A stretch of DNA of 64,000 nucleotides. Origin: an uncultured Planctomycetota bacterium (GTDB lineage: Bacteria > Planctomycetota > Planctomycetia > Isosphaerales > Isosphaeraceae). Positions 32,340 through 42,702 of this stretch are shown one piece after another. The notes below the pieces were generated by a model, which was given only the letters and a program-made list of their open reading frames with translations, made no database searches and was not told the DNA's origin. How positions within the stretch are numbered: position 1 is the stretch's first letter; each line of letters opens with the position of its first letter. The DNA lies in the NCBI GenBank assembly GCA_963737655.1, contig CAVTTN010000002.1:3552001-3616000 (forward strand). The letters are read 5' to 3'. The translations under genes were made by a program, and so were the position numbers.

Positions 32340-33485
32340 ATGAGACGACTCCTTCCCCGCTTCGCCGCGGCCTCGACGACGTTGCTCGCCGTCCTGATGC
32401 CCGCCGCCGGGGCGAACTTCGGCCTCGGCGCCGTCGAGACGGTGTACCTGGCGCCGACCTCGTACTCCTACTCCCCGGTGGTCGCCACCTCCTACTCCTA
32501 TTCGCCCGTGGTCACGACCTCGTACTCCTACTCGCCCGTGGTCTCCACGTCGTACGTGACCACGTCCGACGTGCTGGTGCCCACCGCCTACTCGACGGGC
32601 TACTCCTACGTCCCCACCGCGTACTCGACGACGGCCTATGTGCCGTCCTACTCGGCGGTTCCGACGGCGGCCGTGGTCTATCCGGGCCTCTATCGCCGGG
32701 GCCTCTTCGGTGGCCTCCGGCCGATCCGCCGGCCGGTGTACGAGACGGCCGCGACGTATTCGTACGAGGCGATGCCCACGACGGTCGCCTACCCGACGAC
32801 GACCTCGCTCCGCCTGCCCTACGTGGCCACGGCCGCGACGGTGGCCACCGGGTTCTGCAACGAGTCTCCCGTGGCCTTCAACCCGCCGACGGGGCCAAGC
32901 GACGGCGCCAGCCCGACGGGCAAGACGGTCGTCAGCTCGCCCAACACCACGAAGGGGACCGATCCGTCCTATAGCGGCCCCCGGCCCGAGACCAACAAGG
33001 CCGCCGGGGCGGTCGGCGAGATGAAGAAGGCGGACGAGGCCAAGCCGGCGGAGTCGAACGAGGGCATCGCCTCCCCTCCCGACGGCCCCGCCCCCGACGT
33101 CCGCGACCTGCCCCCTCCCGAGGACCCCAAGGAGAACCGCAAGGCGTTCCGCCCCAAGTTCACCGAGGTCAAGGCCCGCGAAGTCGCCTCGACGGCCAAC
33201 GTCCTCCGCGGCGAGGTCGTCTCCCAGGCCACCAGCAAGGGGCTGTCGAACGTCCAGGTCGTCTTCAGCGACGTCAAGGGGATCTTTGGCGATCGAAAGA
33301 AGACGACGGACAACACGGGAGCGTTCCAGGTCTACCTGCCGACGGGCGACTGGTCGATCTCGATCGTCGATACCGCGGCGATTGGAGGCCCGAAGGTCCT
33401 GAATGCCGGCCAGGTGACCTCGGCCAATGGGCAATACCTCGAAGAGGACGGCAAGCCGATCTTCGGGCTCCGCATTCACCAGTAG
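32340..33485 (+). CDS. secreted Tyr/Ser/Thr-rich protein with C-terminal carboxypeptidase-regulatory-like domain
   Basis: Signal peptide, low-complexity YS repeats, and LRGEVVS...LSNVQVVF...TTDNTGAFQVYLPTGDW. Confidence 0.7.
   Translation: MRRLLPRFAAASTTLLAVLMPAAGANFGLGAVETVYLAPTSYSYSPVVATSYSYSPVVTTSYSYSPVVSTSYVTTSDVLVPTAYSTGYSYVPTAYSTTAYVPSYSAVPTAAVVYPGLYRRGLFGGLRPIRRPVYETAATYSYEAMPTTVAYPTTTSLRLPYVATAATVATGFCNESPVAFNPPTGPSDGASPTGKTVVSSPNTTKGTDPSYSGPRPETNKAAGAVGEMKKADEAKPAESNEGIASPPDGPAPDVRDLPPPEDPKENRKAFRPKFTEVKAREVASTANVLRGEVVSQATSKGLSNVQVVFSDVKGIFGDRKKTTDNTGAFQVYLPTGDWSISIVDTAAIGGPKVLNAGQVTSANGQYLEEDGKPIFGLRIHQ
32457..32555 (+). repeat. 30-bp coding tandem repeat, about 3.3 copies (TSYSYSPVVx)
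   Basis: Units start at 32457, 32487 and 32517, with a partial unit at 32547. Confidence 0.85.
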
Positions 33486-33558
33486 GGTGCTTGAAATGCA
33501 CCATCAGGGGCGGGCGGCCCTTGTCCGCCCCGATCCTGGTGCATTTGATCAACCCCAC
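33482..33558. repeat. REP doublet, family A, copy 5
   Basis: GTAGGGTGCTTGAAATGCACC (33482-33502) and degenerate inverted GGTGCATTTGATCAACCCCAC (33538-33558). Confidence 0.75.
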
Positions 33559-33560
33559 AC

Positions 33561-34712
33561 ATGCTCGAAGATCGCCCCATCCGCGTCTGCTACGTCCTGA
33601 GCCATTTCCACCCTCGCCAGAGCGGCGCCGAGAGGCAGGCCCTGGCCCAGGGGATGGAATTGGTCCGCCGGGGGCATTCGGCCCGGGTGATCACGCGAGC
33701 GATCCCGGGCCTGCCTCGCGACGATGAAGTGGGCGGCGTCCTCATCCATCGCTGGGTCCGTGCCGTCGAGGCCGGCCCGCTGTTCGCGCTCTCCTTCGTC
33801 CTCGGGATAATCCGCGGCCTGATCCGGCTGCGCCCCCATTACGATTTGATCCACACGCATCAAGGGTTGTGGGAATCGGTGGCGACCGGGCTCGGCCGGG
33901 ACCTGTTCGGACGCGCCCCGATCCTCGTCCAGCCGGCCAGCTCCGGCTACTTCGGCGAGGCCGAGGAGATGGCCCGGACCAAGGGGTTCCCGGCCCTCCG
34001 GCGGCTCTCCCTCCGCAATCCCATGTTCGCGGCGATCTCGGCCGACATCGAACACCAGTGGCGGGCCCTGGGAGTTCCTCCCGAGAAGATGGTGAGGATG
34101 GCCAGCGGCGTGGATGCCGAGCGGTTCCGCCCCGGGCCGAGCCGGGTCGAGGACGACTTGCCCCCAGGCCCTCGGATCGTCTTCACCGGCCGGCTCCATC
34201 CTCAAAAAAATCTGGACCTCCTGCTGGATGCCTGGTCGGACGTTGCGCCGGAAGTCCCGGGGACGCTAGTGCTTGTGGGCGACGGTCCCGACCGCGAGGC
34301 GCTCGAATCGCAGGCCCGAGCCCGGGGGATCGCCGATCGGGTCGTCTTCGTCGGCCCGGTGCCCGACCCGGCCGAATACCTTCGCGCCGCGGACCTCTTC
34401 GCCCTTCCCAGCGTGGCCGAAGGGATGAGCAACTCCTTGCTGGAGGCGATGGCCACCGCCCTGCCCTGCCTCGCCTCGGACATCGGAGGCAATACCGACC
34501 TGATCACATCAGGAAGAACGGGGCTTCTGATCGCTCCGGGGGACCGCTCGGCCTGGGCCTCGGCCCTGAAAACCAGCCTGACCGATCTCGACGCTTCCCG
34601 GGCGATGGGCCGGGCAGCGCGATCCCGAATCGAGGCCGAATTCGCGTTGCCGGTCGTCGTCGATCGCTATCTAGCCCTCTATCGGCGGCTTTTGAATACG
34701 TCGGATGCATGA
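33561..34712 (+). CDS. glycosyltransferase family 4
   Basis: SGAERQ, FTGRLHPQKN, LVGDGP and EGMSNSLLEAMA. Confidence 0.9.
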   Translation: MLEDRPIRVCYVLSHFHPRQSGAERQALAQGMELVRRGHSARVITRAIPGLPRDDEVGGVLIHRWVRAVEAGPLFALSFVLGIIRGLIRLRPHYDLIHTHQGLWESVATGLGRDLFGRAPILVQPASSGYFGEAEEMARTKGFPALRRLSLRNPMFAAISADIEHQWRALGVPPEKMVRMASGVDAERFRPGPSRVEDDLPPGPRIVFTGRLHPQKNLDLLLDAWSDVAPEVPGTLVLVGDGPDREALESQARARGIADRVVFVGPVPDPAEYLRAADLFALPSVAEGMSNSLLEAMATALPCLASDIGGNTDLITSGRTGLLIAPGDRSAWASALKTSLTDLDASRAMGRAARSRIEAEFALPVVVDRYLALYRRLLNTSDA

Positions 34713-34781
34713 AATGCACCAACTTCCATCCCTTTTTCGATTCCCAAGCCAATCGAAGATGGTGCATTTCATGCACCCTAC
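34700..34781. repeat. REP doublet, family A, copy 6
   Basis: GTCGGATGCATGAAATGCACC (34700-34720) and inverted GGTGCATTTCATGCACCCTAC (34761-34781). Confidence 0.85.
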
Positions 34782-34954
34782 GGGTGGTTCCAAAGCAAGA
34801 AATGCGCAGGGTGGATTCTGGAGAATCTTCGGGACGTTCTCCAGAATCCGTTTGAAAATCGACCTCCAGGTCGTTAAGGTAAGGTGTTAAGCCGACCCGC
34901 CAGTTGCCCGCCTGCCTCGAATCCCGCCCTCCCCCGATTCTCGGAGTCCCGCGA

Positions 34955-35698
34955 GTGTCCGTCGTGCCCTCGCCATTGCCTTTGGCCTGCGATCATGGCC
35001 TCCGTCGCGAGGCGGTGGTCAACGTCCTGGTCCGCGAGGTGGTCCAGGGCCGGATGAGGCCGGGGCAACATCTCGTCACGCGGTCCCTGGCCGATCGGTT
35101 CGGCGTCAGCCATACGCCGGTCCGCGAGGCGCTGGTGGCCCTGGCGGGGATCGGCCTGGTGGACCTGCTCCCCAATCGCGGGGCGATCGTCCGAAGGATG
35201 ACTCCGGGCGAGGTCCGCGAGATCTTGCAGGTCCGCCGGGCCCTGGAATGCGAGGCGGTCCGCGGGGCCGCCGGCCGGATGCCGAAAGACTCGCTGGACG
35301 GCCTCGCCACCGAGTTCCGATCGCTGATCGCCCGGGGGCCGTCGGCCGATTCCTCGACGATCGAGGCGGCGCAGGAGGCCGACAGCCGGCTCCACGACGC
35401 GATCGCGGCAAACTGCGGCAACGGCTTCCTCGCCAAGGAGTTGGGTCGCCTGAAGATGCTCTACCGGGCATTCCGGGACGCCTCCTGGGCCCGGGAAGTC
35501 CACCGCGACCGCCCGTCCAGGCTGGTCGAGGAAGCCGGCGAGCACCTGGCGATCGTCGAGGCCCTGCGATCGGGCGACCGGCGGGCGTCCTCGAAGGCGA
35601 TGTCGGCTCATATTCGGGCCGGAAACAAATACTGGTGTCGAGCGTTGCCCGACGACGGGCCGAAGATTGGCGATCACCGAGAGGGCCAGCCCCGATGA
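34955..35698 (+). CDS. GntR-family (FCD) transcriptional regulator
   Basis: LADRFGVSHTPVREAL, PNRGAIV, VRRALE, DSRLH and EHLAIVEAL. Start uncertain. Confidence 0.88.
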   Translation: MSVVPSPLPLACDHGLRREAVVNVLVREVVQGRMRPGQHLVTRSLADRFGVSHTPVREALVALAGIGLVDLLPNRGAIVRRMTPGEVREILQVRRALECEAVRGAAGRMPKDSLDGLATEFRSLIARGPSADSSTIEAAQEADSRLHDAIAANCGNGFLAKELGRLKMLYRAFRDASWAREVHRDRPSRLVEEAGEHLAIVEALRSGDRRASSKAMSAHIRAGNKYWCRALPDDGPKIGDHREGQPR

Positions 35699-38600
35699 TT
35701 CCGGAAACGATCCGAATTCGCGACCTCAAACGGCTCGTCGGGCTCGCGGCCCTGGCCCTGGTCCCGGGCTTGGCCCTCGCGGCCGACCCGCCGAAGAAGG
35801 TCGAGTACAACCGCGACGTCCGGCCCATCCTTTCGGAGAACTGCTTCGCCTGCCACGGCCCGGATAGCGCCTCGCGCAAGGCCGACCTCCGGCTCGACAA
35901 GCGCGAGGCCGCCCTGGAGAGCGAGGTCCTCGAGCCGGGCAAGCCGGACGAGTCCGAGCTGATCGCCCGGATCGATTCCGAGGCCGACGACCAGGTGATG
36001 CCGCCGCCGAAGACCAAGAAGACGCTCACGCCCCAGCAAAAAGACATCCTCCGCCGATGGATCGCCGAGGGGGCCGAATACCAGCCCCACTGGTCGCTGA
36101 TCGCCCCGAAGCGGCCCGAGCCGCCGGCCGTCGGCGACAACGGCTGGGTCAAGAATCCGATCGACCGCTTCGTGCTCGCCAGGCTCGAGGAAAAGGGCCT
36201 CCAGCCGGCCCCCGAGGCCAATCGCCGGACCCTCGCACGTCGCCTGAGCCTCGACCTGATCGGCCTCCCGCCGGCCCCGGCCGACGTCGAGGGGTTCGTC
36301 AACGACTCTTCGCCCGATTACTACGAAAAATACGTCGATAGGCTGCTCGCGTCCCCGCAGTGGGGCGAGCATCGCGCCCGCTACTGGCTCGACGCCGCGC
36401 GCTATGCCGACACTCACGGCATCCACTTCGACAATTATCGAGAGATGTGGTCGTACCGCGACTGGGTGATCAAGGCCCTCAACGCCAACCTGCCCTTCGA
36501 TCGGTTCGCGACCGAGCAGGTCGCCGGCGACCTCCTGCCCGACCGCACGCTCGACCAGCAGCTCGCCTCCGGGTTCAATCGCTGCAACATGACCACGAAC
36601 GAAGGCGGAGCCATCAACGAGGAATACCTCGTCCTGTACGCCCGGGACCGCACCGAGACGTTCTCGCAGGTCTTCCTCGGCCTGACCACCGGGTGCGCCG
36701 TCTGCCACGACCACAAGTTCGACCCGATCAGCCAGAAGGAGTTCTACGAACTCTCCGCCTTCTTCAACAACACCACGCAAGGGGCGATGGACGGGAACAT
36801 CGCGAACACACCGCCGACGGTGTTCGTCGCCTCGGACGCGGACCGTCCGCGATACGAGACGCTCGTGGGCGAGCTGGCCACGGCCCGCAAGGACCTGGAC
36901 GACCGCAAGGCCGCCGCCCGGCCCGAGTTCGACCGCTGGCTGGGCGCGACCTCGGCCGAAGCGTTCGCCAATCAGGTCCCGACCGACGGCCAGAAGCTCC
37001 GCGCCGGCCTGGACGACCGCGACGCCTCGACCCCGCCGAACCGGGGCGTCGGCGCGATCCTGGAACTCGCCGACTCGGGCGACTTCGAGAAGGACCAGGC
37101 GTTCTCCGTCGCTGCGTGGGTCCGGCCCGGCAATCCCGGGAAGGGGATGGCGATCGTCGCCCGGATGGACGACCAGCACGATTACCGGGGCTGGGACCTC
37201 TGGCTCGAAGACAACAAGGTCGGCACCCACATCATCAGCAAGTGGCCGGAGGACGCGCTCAAGACCGTCACCACGGAACCGCTGAAGGTGAATGAATGGT
37301 CTCACGTGCTGCTGACCTATGACGGCTCGGGCAAGGCCGCCGGGGTGAAGGTGTACGTCGACGGCGAATCGAGGCCGATGGCCGCCTCGGCCGACAAGCT
37401 CCAGAATACGATCCGGGCGAGCGTCCCGCTGAAGGTCGGCCAGAGGCACACCTCGGCGAAGCTGGAGGGGGTCCTCGTCCACGACGTCCGCGCCTTCGCC
37501 AAAAGCCTCTCGGCCGACGAGGCCGACCGCCTCGCCTCATTGACCCGCGCCGCCTATCTCGCCTCCAAGCCCGCCGACAGGAGGCCGGCCCCGGAGCTGG
37601 ATGCCCTGTTCGCCTGGTATCTCCGCTCGCAGGACGCCCCGTGGAAGGGGATCTCCGGCCGCCTGGCGAAGCTCCAGGAAGAAGAGGGCGGGATCAAGGC
37701 GCGAGGGACGGTCGGATATGTCATGCAGGAAAAAAATGAGGCCGCGATGGCCTATCTCCTGTTCCGGGGCGATTACGACAAGAGGCGCGACCCTCTGAAG
37801 GCCGGCACCCCCGACGCCCTCCCGCCGATGGCCGAGGACCTGCCGAAGAACCGGCTGGGCCTGGCGAAATGGCTCCTGAGTCCCGAGCACCCGCTCACGG
37901 CGAGAGTCACCGTCAACCGCTACTGGCAGGAGGTCTTCGGCACCGGCCTCGTCCGGACCACCGGCGATTTCGGGGTGACCGGCGATCTCCCGAGCCACCC
38001 CGAATTGCTCGACTGGCTGGCTGTCGAGTTCCGCGAATCCGGCTGGGACATCAAGCGATTCTACAAGATGATGGTCACCTCCGCGGCCTACCGCCAATCG
38101 GCGATCGCCAGCCCGGAGAAGCTCGAGAAGGACCCGCAAAACCGCTATCTCTCGCGAGGACCCAGGTTCCGGATGGACGCGGAGATGGTCCGGGATTACG
38201 CCCTGGCGGCCTCGGGCCTGCTGGTGGAGAAGCTCGGCGGCCCGAGCGTGAGGCCGTACCAGCCCGATGGCGTCTGGGAGGCCGTGGCGATGATCGGCTC
38301 GAACACCCGCGATTACAAGGCGGATTCGGGCGAGAAGCTCTATCGCCGGAGCCTCTACACGTTCTGGAAGAGGGCCGCGCCTCCCGCCTCGATGGACATC
38401 TTCAACGCCCCGGCCCGCGAGGTCTGCACCGTCCGCCGCGAGCGCACGAACACGCCGCTCCAGGCGCTCGTGACACTCAATGACACCCAGTTCGTCGAGG
38501 CCGCCAAGAAGCTGGCCGAGAAGACGCTCAAGGAAGGCGGCGACTCCGCGGAGTCCCGCGCCGCGTTCCTCGCCAATCGGCTCCTCGCCCGGCCGTTCGG

Positions 38601-38796
38601 GACCGAGGAGTGGAAGGTCGTCGAGGCGTCGCTCAAGGACCTCCTCGCGCATTACCAGGCGAACGCCGAGGACGCGAAGAAGCTCCTGGCCGTCGGCGAG
38701 GCGAAGGTGGACCCGTCGATCGACGCCCCGACCCTCGCGGCCTGGACCATGCTGGCCAACGAGCTGATGAACCTCGACGAAGCCATCAACAAGTGA
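35695..38796 (+). CDS. planctomycete cytochrome c / DUF1549 / LamG / DUF1553 protein
   Basis: VRPILSENCFACHGPD, WLDAARYADTHG, GCAVCHDHKFDP, PSHPELLDWLA and TNTPLQAL. ATGA overlap with the GntR gene. Confidence 0.93.
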   Translation: MIPETIRIRDLKRLVGLAALALVPGLALAADPPKKVEYNRDVRPILSENCFACHGPDSASRKADLRLDKREAALESEVLEPGKPDESELIARIDSEADDQVMPPPKTKKTLTPQQKDILRRWIAEGAEYQPHWSLIAPKRPEPPAVGDNGWVKNPIDRFVLARLEEKGLQPAPEANRRTLARRLSLDLIGLPPAPADVEGFVNDSSPDYYEKYVDRLLASPQWGEHRARYWLDAARYADTHGIHFDNYREMWSYRDWVIKALNANLPFDRFATEQVAGDLLPDRTLDQQLASGFNRCNMTTNEGGAINEEYLVLYARDRTETFSQVFLGLTTGCAVCHDHKFDPISQKEFYELSAFFNNTTQGAMDGNIANTPPTVFVASDADRPRYETLVGELATARKDLDDRKAAARPEFDRWLGATSAEAFANQVPTDGQKLRAGLDDRDASTPPNRGVGAILELADSGDFEKDQAFSVAAWVRPGNPGKGMAIVARMDDQHDYRGWDLWLEDNKVGTHIISKWPEDALKTVTTEPLKVNEWSHVLLTYDGSGKAAGVKVYVDGESRPMAASADKLQNTIRASVPLKVGQRHTSAKLEGVLVHDVRAFAKSLSADEADRLASLTRAAYLASKPADRRPAPELDALFAWYLRSQDAPWKGISGRLAKLQEEEGGIKARGTVGYVMQEKNEAAMAYLLFRGDYDKRRDPLKAGTPDALPPMAEDLPKNRLGLAKWLLSPEHPLTARVTVNRYWQEVFGTGLVRTTGDFGVTGDLPSHPELLDWLAVEFRESGWDIKRFYKMMVTSAAYRQSAIASPEKLEKDPQNRYLSRGPRFRMDAEMVRDYALAASGLLVEKLGGPSVRPYQPDGVWEAVAMIGSNTRDYKADSGEKLYRRSLYTFWKRAAPPASMDIFNAPAREVCTVRRERTNTPLQALVTLNDTQFVEAAKKLAEKTLKEGGDSAESRAAFLANRLLARPFGTEEWKVVEASLKDLLAHYQANAEDAKKLLAVGEAKVDPSIDAPTLAAWTMLANELMNLDEAINK

Positions 38797-38846
38797 CGTC
38801 GGCCCCGGCCGGTCCTCCCGAACAGCGAATCCCGGAGACCACCTTC

Positions 38847-40301
38847 ATGAACATTTTTGACGAATATCGCAATCTCGAATCCCGTCGCCGGTTCCTGGGC
38901 AAGGGGGCCGGCGCGGTGGGCCTGGCGGCGCTGTCCTCGTTGTTCGACCGCGACAAGGTGATGGCCCGGGACGCCCAGGCGGTGCCCCCGGTCCTCAAGC
39001 AGTTCGCGCCGAAGGCCAAGCAGGTGATCTATCTGCACATGGTCGGCGGCCCCTCGCAACTGGACCTCTACGACTACAAGCCGACGATGGGCGAGTGGTT
39101 CGACAAGGACCTGCCCGACTCGGTGAGGATGGGCCAGCGTCTGACCACGATGACCTCGGGCCAGAAGCGGTTCCCGGTGGCCCCCTCGAAGTACAAATTC
39201 GCCCAGCACGGCCCGAGCGGGATGTGGATCAGCGAGTTGCTGCCCTTCACCGCGAAGATGGCCGATGACATGTGCTTCATCCGAAGCATGCACACCGAGG
39301 CGATCAATCACGAGCCGGCCATCAGCTACATGCAGACCGGCAACCAGATCACGGGCCGGCCGTGCCTGGGCTCGTGGGTCTCCTACGGCCTCGGGTCGAT
39401 GAACGAGAACCTGCCGACCTTCGTCGTCCTCGTGGCGAAGCCGTCCAACCAGGAGCAGGTCCAGGCGATCTCGGCGCGGCTCTGGTCGTCGGGCTACCTC
39501 TCGGGCGAGCACGCGGGCGTCTCCTTCCGCACCGGCGGCGATCCGATCCTTTATATCAACAACCCGCCCGGGGTGACGAAGGAGGTCCGCCGCCGGACCC
39601 TCGACGGCCTGAACGCCCTGAACGAGATGACGTATCAGAGCGTGGGCGACCCCGAGACCCACACGCGCATCCAGCAGTATGAGCTGGCCTTTCGCATGCA
39701 GTCGAGCGTGCCCGAGCTCGTGGACCTCGCCCGGGAGCCCGAGAGCGTCCATCAGCTCTACGGCCCCGACCTGAAGAAGCCCGGCAGCTTCGCCCACACC
39801 GCCTGGCTGGCCCGGAGGATGGTCGAGCGGGGCGTGCGGTTCATCCAGATCTATCACAACAACTGGGACCACCACGGCAACCTCGCCGGGCGGATGCCCG
39901 ACCAGTGCAAGGACGTGGACCAGCCCTGCTGGGGCCTCGTCCAGGACCTCAAGAGCCGCGGCCTCCTCGACGAGACCCTGGTGATCTGGGGCGGCGAGTT
40001 CGGCCGGACGATCTACTCGCAGGGCGGCCTCTCCAAGGACAATTACGGCCGGGACCACCACCCGCGATGCTTCACCATGTGGATGGCCGGCGGAGGCTCG
40101 AAGCCCGGCCAGGTCTACGGCGAGACCGACGACTTCTCCTACAACATCGTGAAGGACCCGGTCCACATCCGCGACTTCCACGCGACGGTGCTCCGGCTCC
40201 TCGGCTTCGATCACGAGCGGTTCACCTATCGCTATCAAGGGCTCGACCAGAAGCTCACGGGAGTGGAAAAGGCACGCGTCATCGATGCATTGATGGCCTG
40301 A
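38847..40301 (+). CDS. DUF1501 protein (Tat signal)
   Basis: SRRRFL, GGPSQLDLYDYKP, LARRMVERGVRF, WDHH, GEFGRT and GRDHH. Confidence 0.92.
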   Translation: MNIFDEYRNLESRRRFLGKGAGAVGLAALSSLFDRDKVMARDAQAVPPVLKQFAPKAKQVIYLHMVGGPSQLDLYDYKPTMGEWFDKDLPDSVRMGQRLTTMTSGQKRFPVAPSKYKFAQHGPSGMWISELLPFTAKMADDMCFIRSMHTEAINHEPAISYMQTGNQITGRPCLGSWVSYGLGSMNENLPTFVVLVAKPSNQEQVQAISARLWSSGYLSGEHAGVSFRTGGDPILYINNPPGVTKEVRRRTLDGLNALNEMTYQSVGDPETHTRIQQYELAFRMQSSVPELVDLAREPESVHQLYGPDLKKPGSFAHTAWLARRMVERGVRFIQIYHNNWDHHGNLAGRMPDQCKDVDQPCWGLVQDLKSRGLLDETLVIWGGEFGRTIYSQGGLSKDNYGRDHHPRCFTMWMAGGGSKPGQVYGETDDFSYNIVKDPVHIRDFHATVLRLLGFDHERFTYRYQGLDQKLTGVEKARVIDALMA

Positions 40302-40377
40302 TCGCCGATCCCGGGCGGTTTGCCCTCGCCCGCGTCGGCGGGCCGCCCGGGACGAATCCTAGCGAGGCGGGACGCCG

Positions 40378-41487
40378 ATGAGGCTGGACCGGATCGAACT
40401 CCGCCTCGTCGGCCTGCCCCTCGTCCGGCCGTTTCGGACGAGTTCCAGCATCAAGGACAGGATCTCTCACATCCTGATCCGCGTGATCGACGAGGACGGC
40501 GCCGAGGGCTGGGGCGAGTGTGCCAGCCCGGCCGATCCGTACTACTGTCCCGAAACCGTCGAGACCTGCTGGCACATCCTCGCGGATTTCCTGGGGCCTC
40601 TCGTCCTGGGCCGGGACTGGGCCTCGATCGATGAATTTGTGAAATTCTATGGATTGGTCAAGGGCAACAACTTCGCGAAGGCGGGGCTGGAGATGGCCTG
40701 CTGGGGCCTCCTCGCCGGTCGCGAGGGTCGGCCCCTGTCCGCGCTCCTCGGCGGGACTCGTTCGGAGGTGGCGTCGGGCGTGAGCCTGGGGATCGAGACG
40801 GACCCTGGCCGATTATTCGACTTGATCGATGGGTTCCTGGCCGAGGGGTATCGCCGGATCAAGCTGAAGATCGGGCCGGGACATGACGTCGAGCCGGTCC
40901 GCCGGGTCCGCGAGCGGTATCCCGACCTCCCCTTGCAGGTCGATGCGAATTCCGCCTATTCGCTGCGGGACGTGGAGACCCTTCGCCGCCTCGACGAATT
41001 CGGGCTGCTCCTGATCGAGCAGCCCCTTGGTCATGAGGACCTGTTCGATCACTCGCAGCTCCAACCGTTGCTGAAGACGCCGATTTGCCTCGACGAGAGC
41101 CTGCACTCGGCCGAGGACGCCCGGAAGGCTCTCGACCTCGGGGCGTGCCGGGTCGTGAACATCAAGGTCAGCCGAGTGGGCGGTCTTCTGGAGGCGAAGC
41201 GGATGCACGAGGTCTGCGAGTCGCGAGGGGTTCCGGTGTGGTGCGGCGGGATGCACGAGTTCGGCATCGGCCGGGCCGCGAACGTCGCCCTTTCCAGCCT
41301 GCCCGGGTTCCTCCTGCCCGGTGACATCTCCGGCTCGGACAAGTATTATCGCGAAGACCTCGTCGATCCGCCGATCCGAGCAAATCGCGGGCTCGTGGCC
41401 GTCCCGACGACGGCCGGCCTCGGCCACTCGCCGATCGTGGAGAGGATCGAGCGCGCCACGTCCCGCCGCCTGACCCTGGGGGGATGA
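40378..41487 (+). CDS. menC: o-succinylbenzoate synthase / N-succinylamino acid racemase (enolase superfamily)
   Basis: GWGEC, RIKLKI, VDANSAY, IEQP, CLDES, NIKVSRVGG, WCGGM and PGDISGS. Confidence 0.85.
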   Translation: MRLDRIELRLVGLPLVRPFRTSSSIKDRISHILIRVIDEDGAEGWGECASPADPYYCPETVETCWHILADFLGPLVLGRDWASIDEFVKFYGLVKGNNFAKAGLEMACWGLLAGREGRPLSALLGGTRSEVASGVSLGIETDPGRLFDLIDGFLAEGYRRIKLKIGPGHDVEPVRRVRERYPDLPLQVDANSAYSLRDVETLRRLDEFGLLLIEQPLGHEDLFDHSQLQPLLKTPICLDESLHSAEDARKALDLGACRVVNIKVSRVGGLLEAKRMHEVCESRGVPVWCGGMHEFGIGRAANVALSSLPGFLLPGDISGSDKYYREDLVDPPIRANRGLVAVPTTAGLGHSPIVERIERATSRRLTLGG

Positions 41488-41491
41488 TGTC

Positions 41492-42606
41492 GTGATCGAT
41501 TCCTCAAGTCTCGATCTTCTCAAGACCCTGGTCGAGCACGAGACGCCCAGCGGGGACAAGCCCGCGCTCGACGCGATGGCCGCGTCTCTGGCCGAACGGT
41601 TCCGGGCCCTCGGCGGCGAGGCGTCGCGAATCGCCAATCCCCGGGGCGGCGACCATCTGCGGGTCGTTTTCGGTCCGACCGCCCCCGCCTCGGCCCCTCC
41701 GATCCTGGTCCTCGGCCATTTTGATACCGTCTGGCCATCCGGGACCGTGGTGAAACGTCCGTTCCGGGTCGAGTCGGATCGAGCAAGCGGGCCCGGCGTT
41801 TACGACATGAAGGCCGGGATCGTGATCCTTCTCGAGGCGCTCCGAATCGTGGGTCCTCGGATCTATGCCTCACTTCCAAGGAGCCTGGAAATACTCCTGA
41901 CCTCGGACGAGGAAATCGGCAGTCCCGAATCCCGCCGATGGATCGAGGCCGCCGCGCGATCCGCGGCGATCGTTCTCGTCCTGGAGCCTCCGTTGCCGGG
42001 CGGGGCGTTGAAAACCGCCCGCAAAGGGGTCGGTCGATTCACGGTCCGGGCGATCGGCAAGGAGGCCCACGCGGGCGTGGAGCCGGAGAAGGGGGTCAAC
42101 GCGATCGAGGAGATGGCCCATCAGATCCTCATGCTCCGAAACGTCGCGAACCCGGAGGAGGGGACGACGCTGAACGTCGGCGTGATCGCGGGAGGGACGA
42201 CCCCGAACGTCGTCCCGGGGCAGGCGACGGCCGAGGTGGACGTCCGGGCCTCGTTTCGGGGCGAGGCGGATCGGGTCGAAAAGGCGATCCGGGACCTCCG
42301 GCCCGCCCTCCCTGGCGTGCGCATCGAGGTCTCGGGCGGGTTCAATCGGCCGCCGATGGAGAGGACTCAGGCCATCGCCTCGCTCTTCGAGAAGGCCGCG
42401 GCCATTGCTGCCACGCTCGGGATGCCGCTAGCCGAAGGCTCGACCGGCGGGGGCTCCGACGGCAACTTCACCGCGGCCCTCGGCGTGCCGACGCTCGACG
42501 GCCTGGGTGCCGATGGCGGGGCGCTCACGCCGAACATGAGCATATCCTGCTGGATTCGATCCCGAGACGAACCGAACTTCTCGCCGCATTGCTCGTCCGA
42601 TTGTGA
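41492..42606 (+). CDS. M20 metallopeptidase (frameshift near 42520)
   Basis: LGHFDTVW, GPGVYDMKAG, SDEEIGS, HAG and GGGSDGNF. The final AHAEHEH segment is in another frame, ending at 42606. Confidence 0.88.
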
Positions 42607-42702
42607 TGCTCCTTCTCGAAAATTTCGACATGCATAAATACAAGGACTGCAATACATCGATTCGGTTCCCTTGACCGGCCCTTCCGGAGCGCACCCATCG
42701 CC

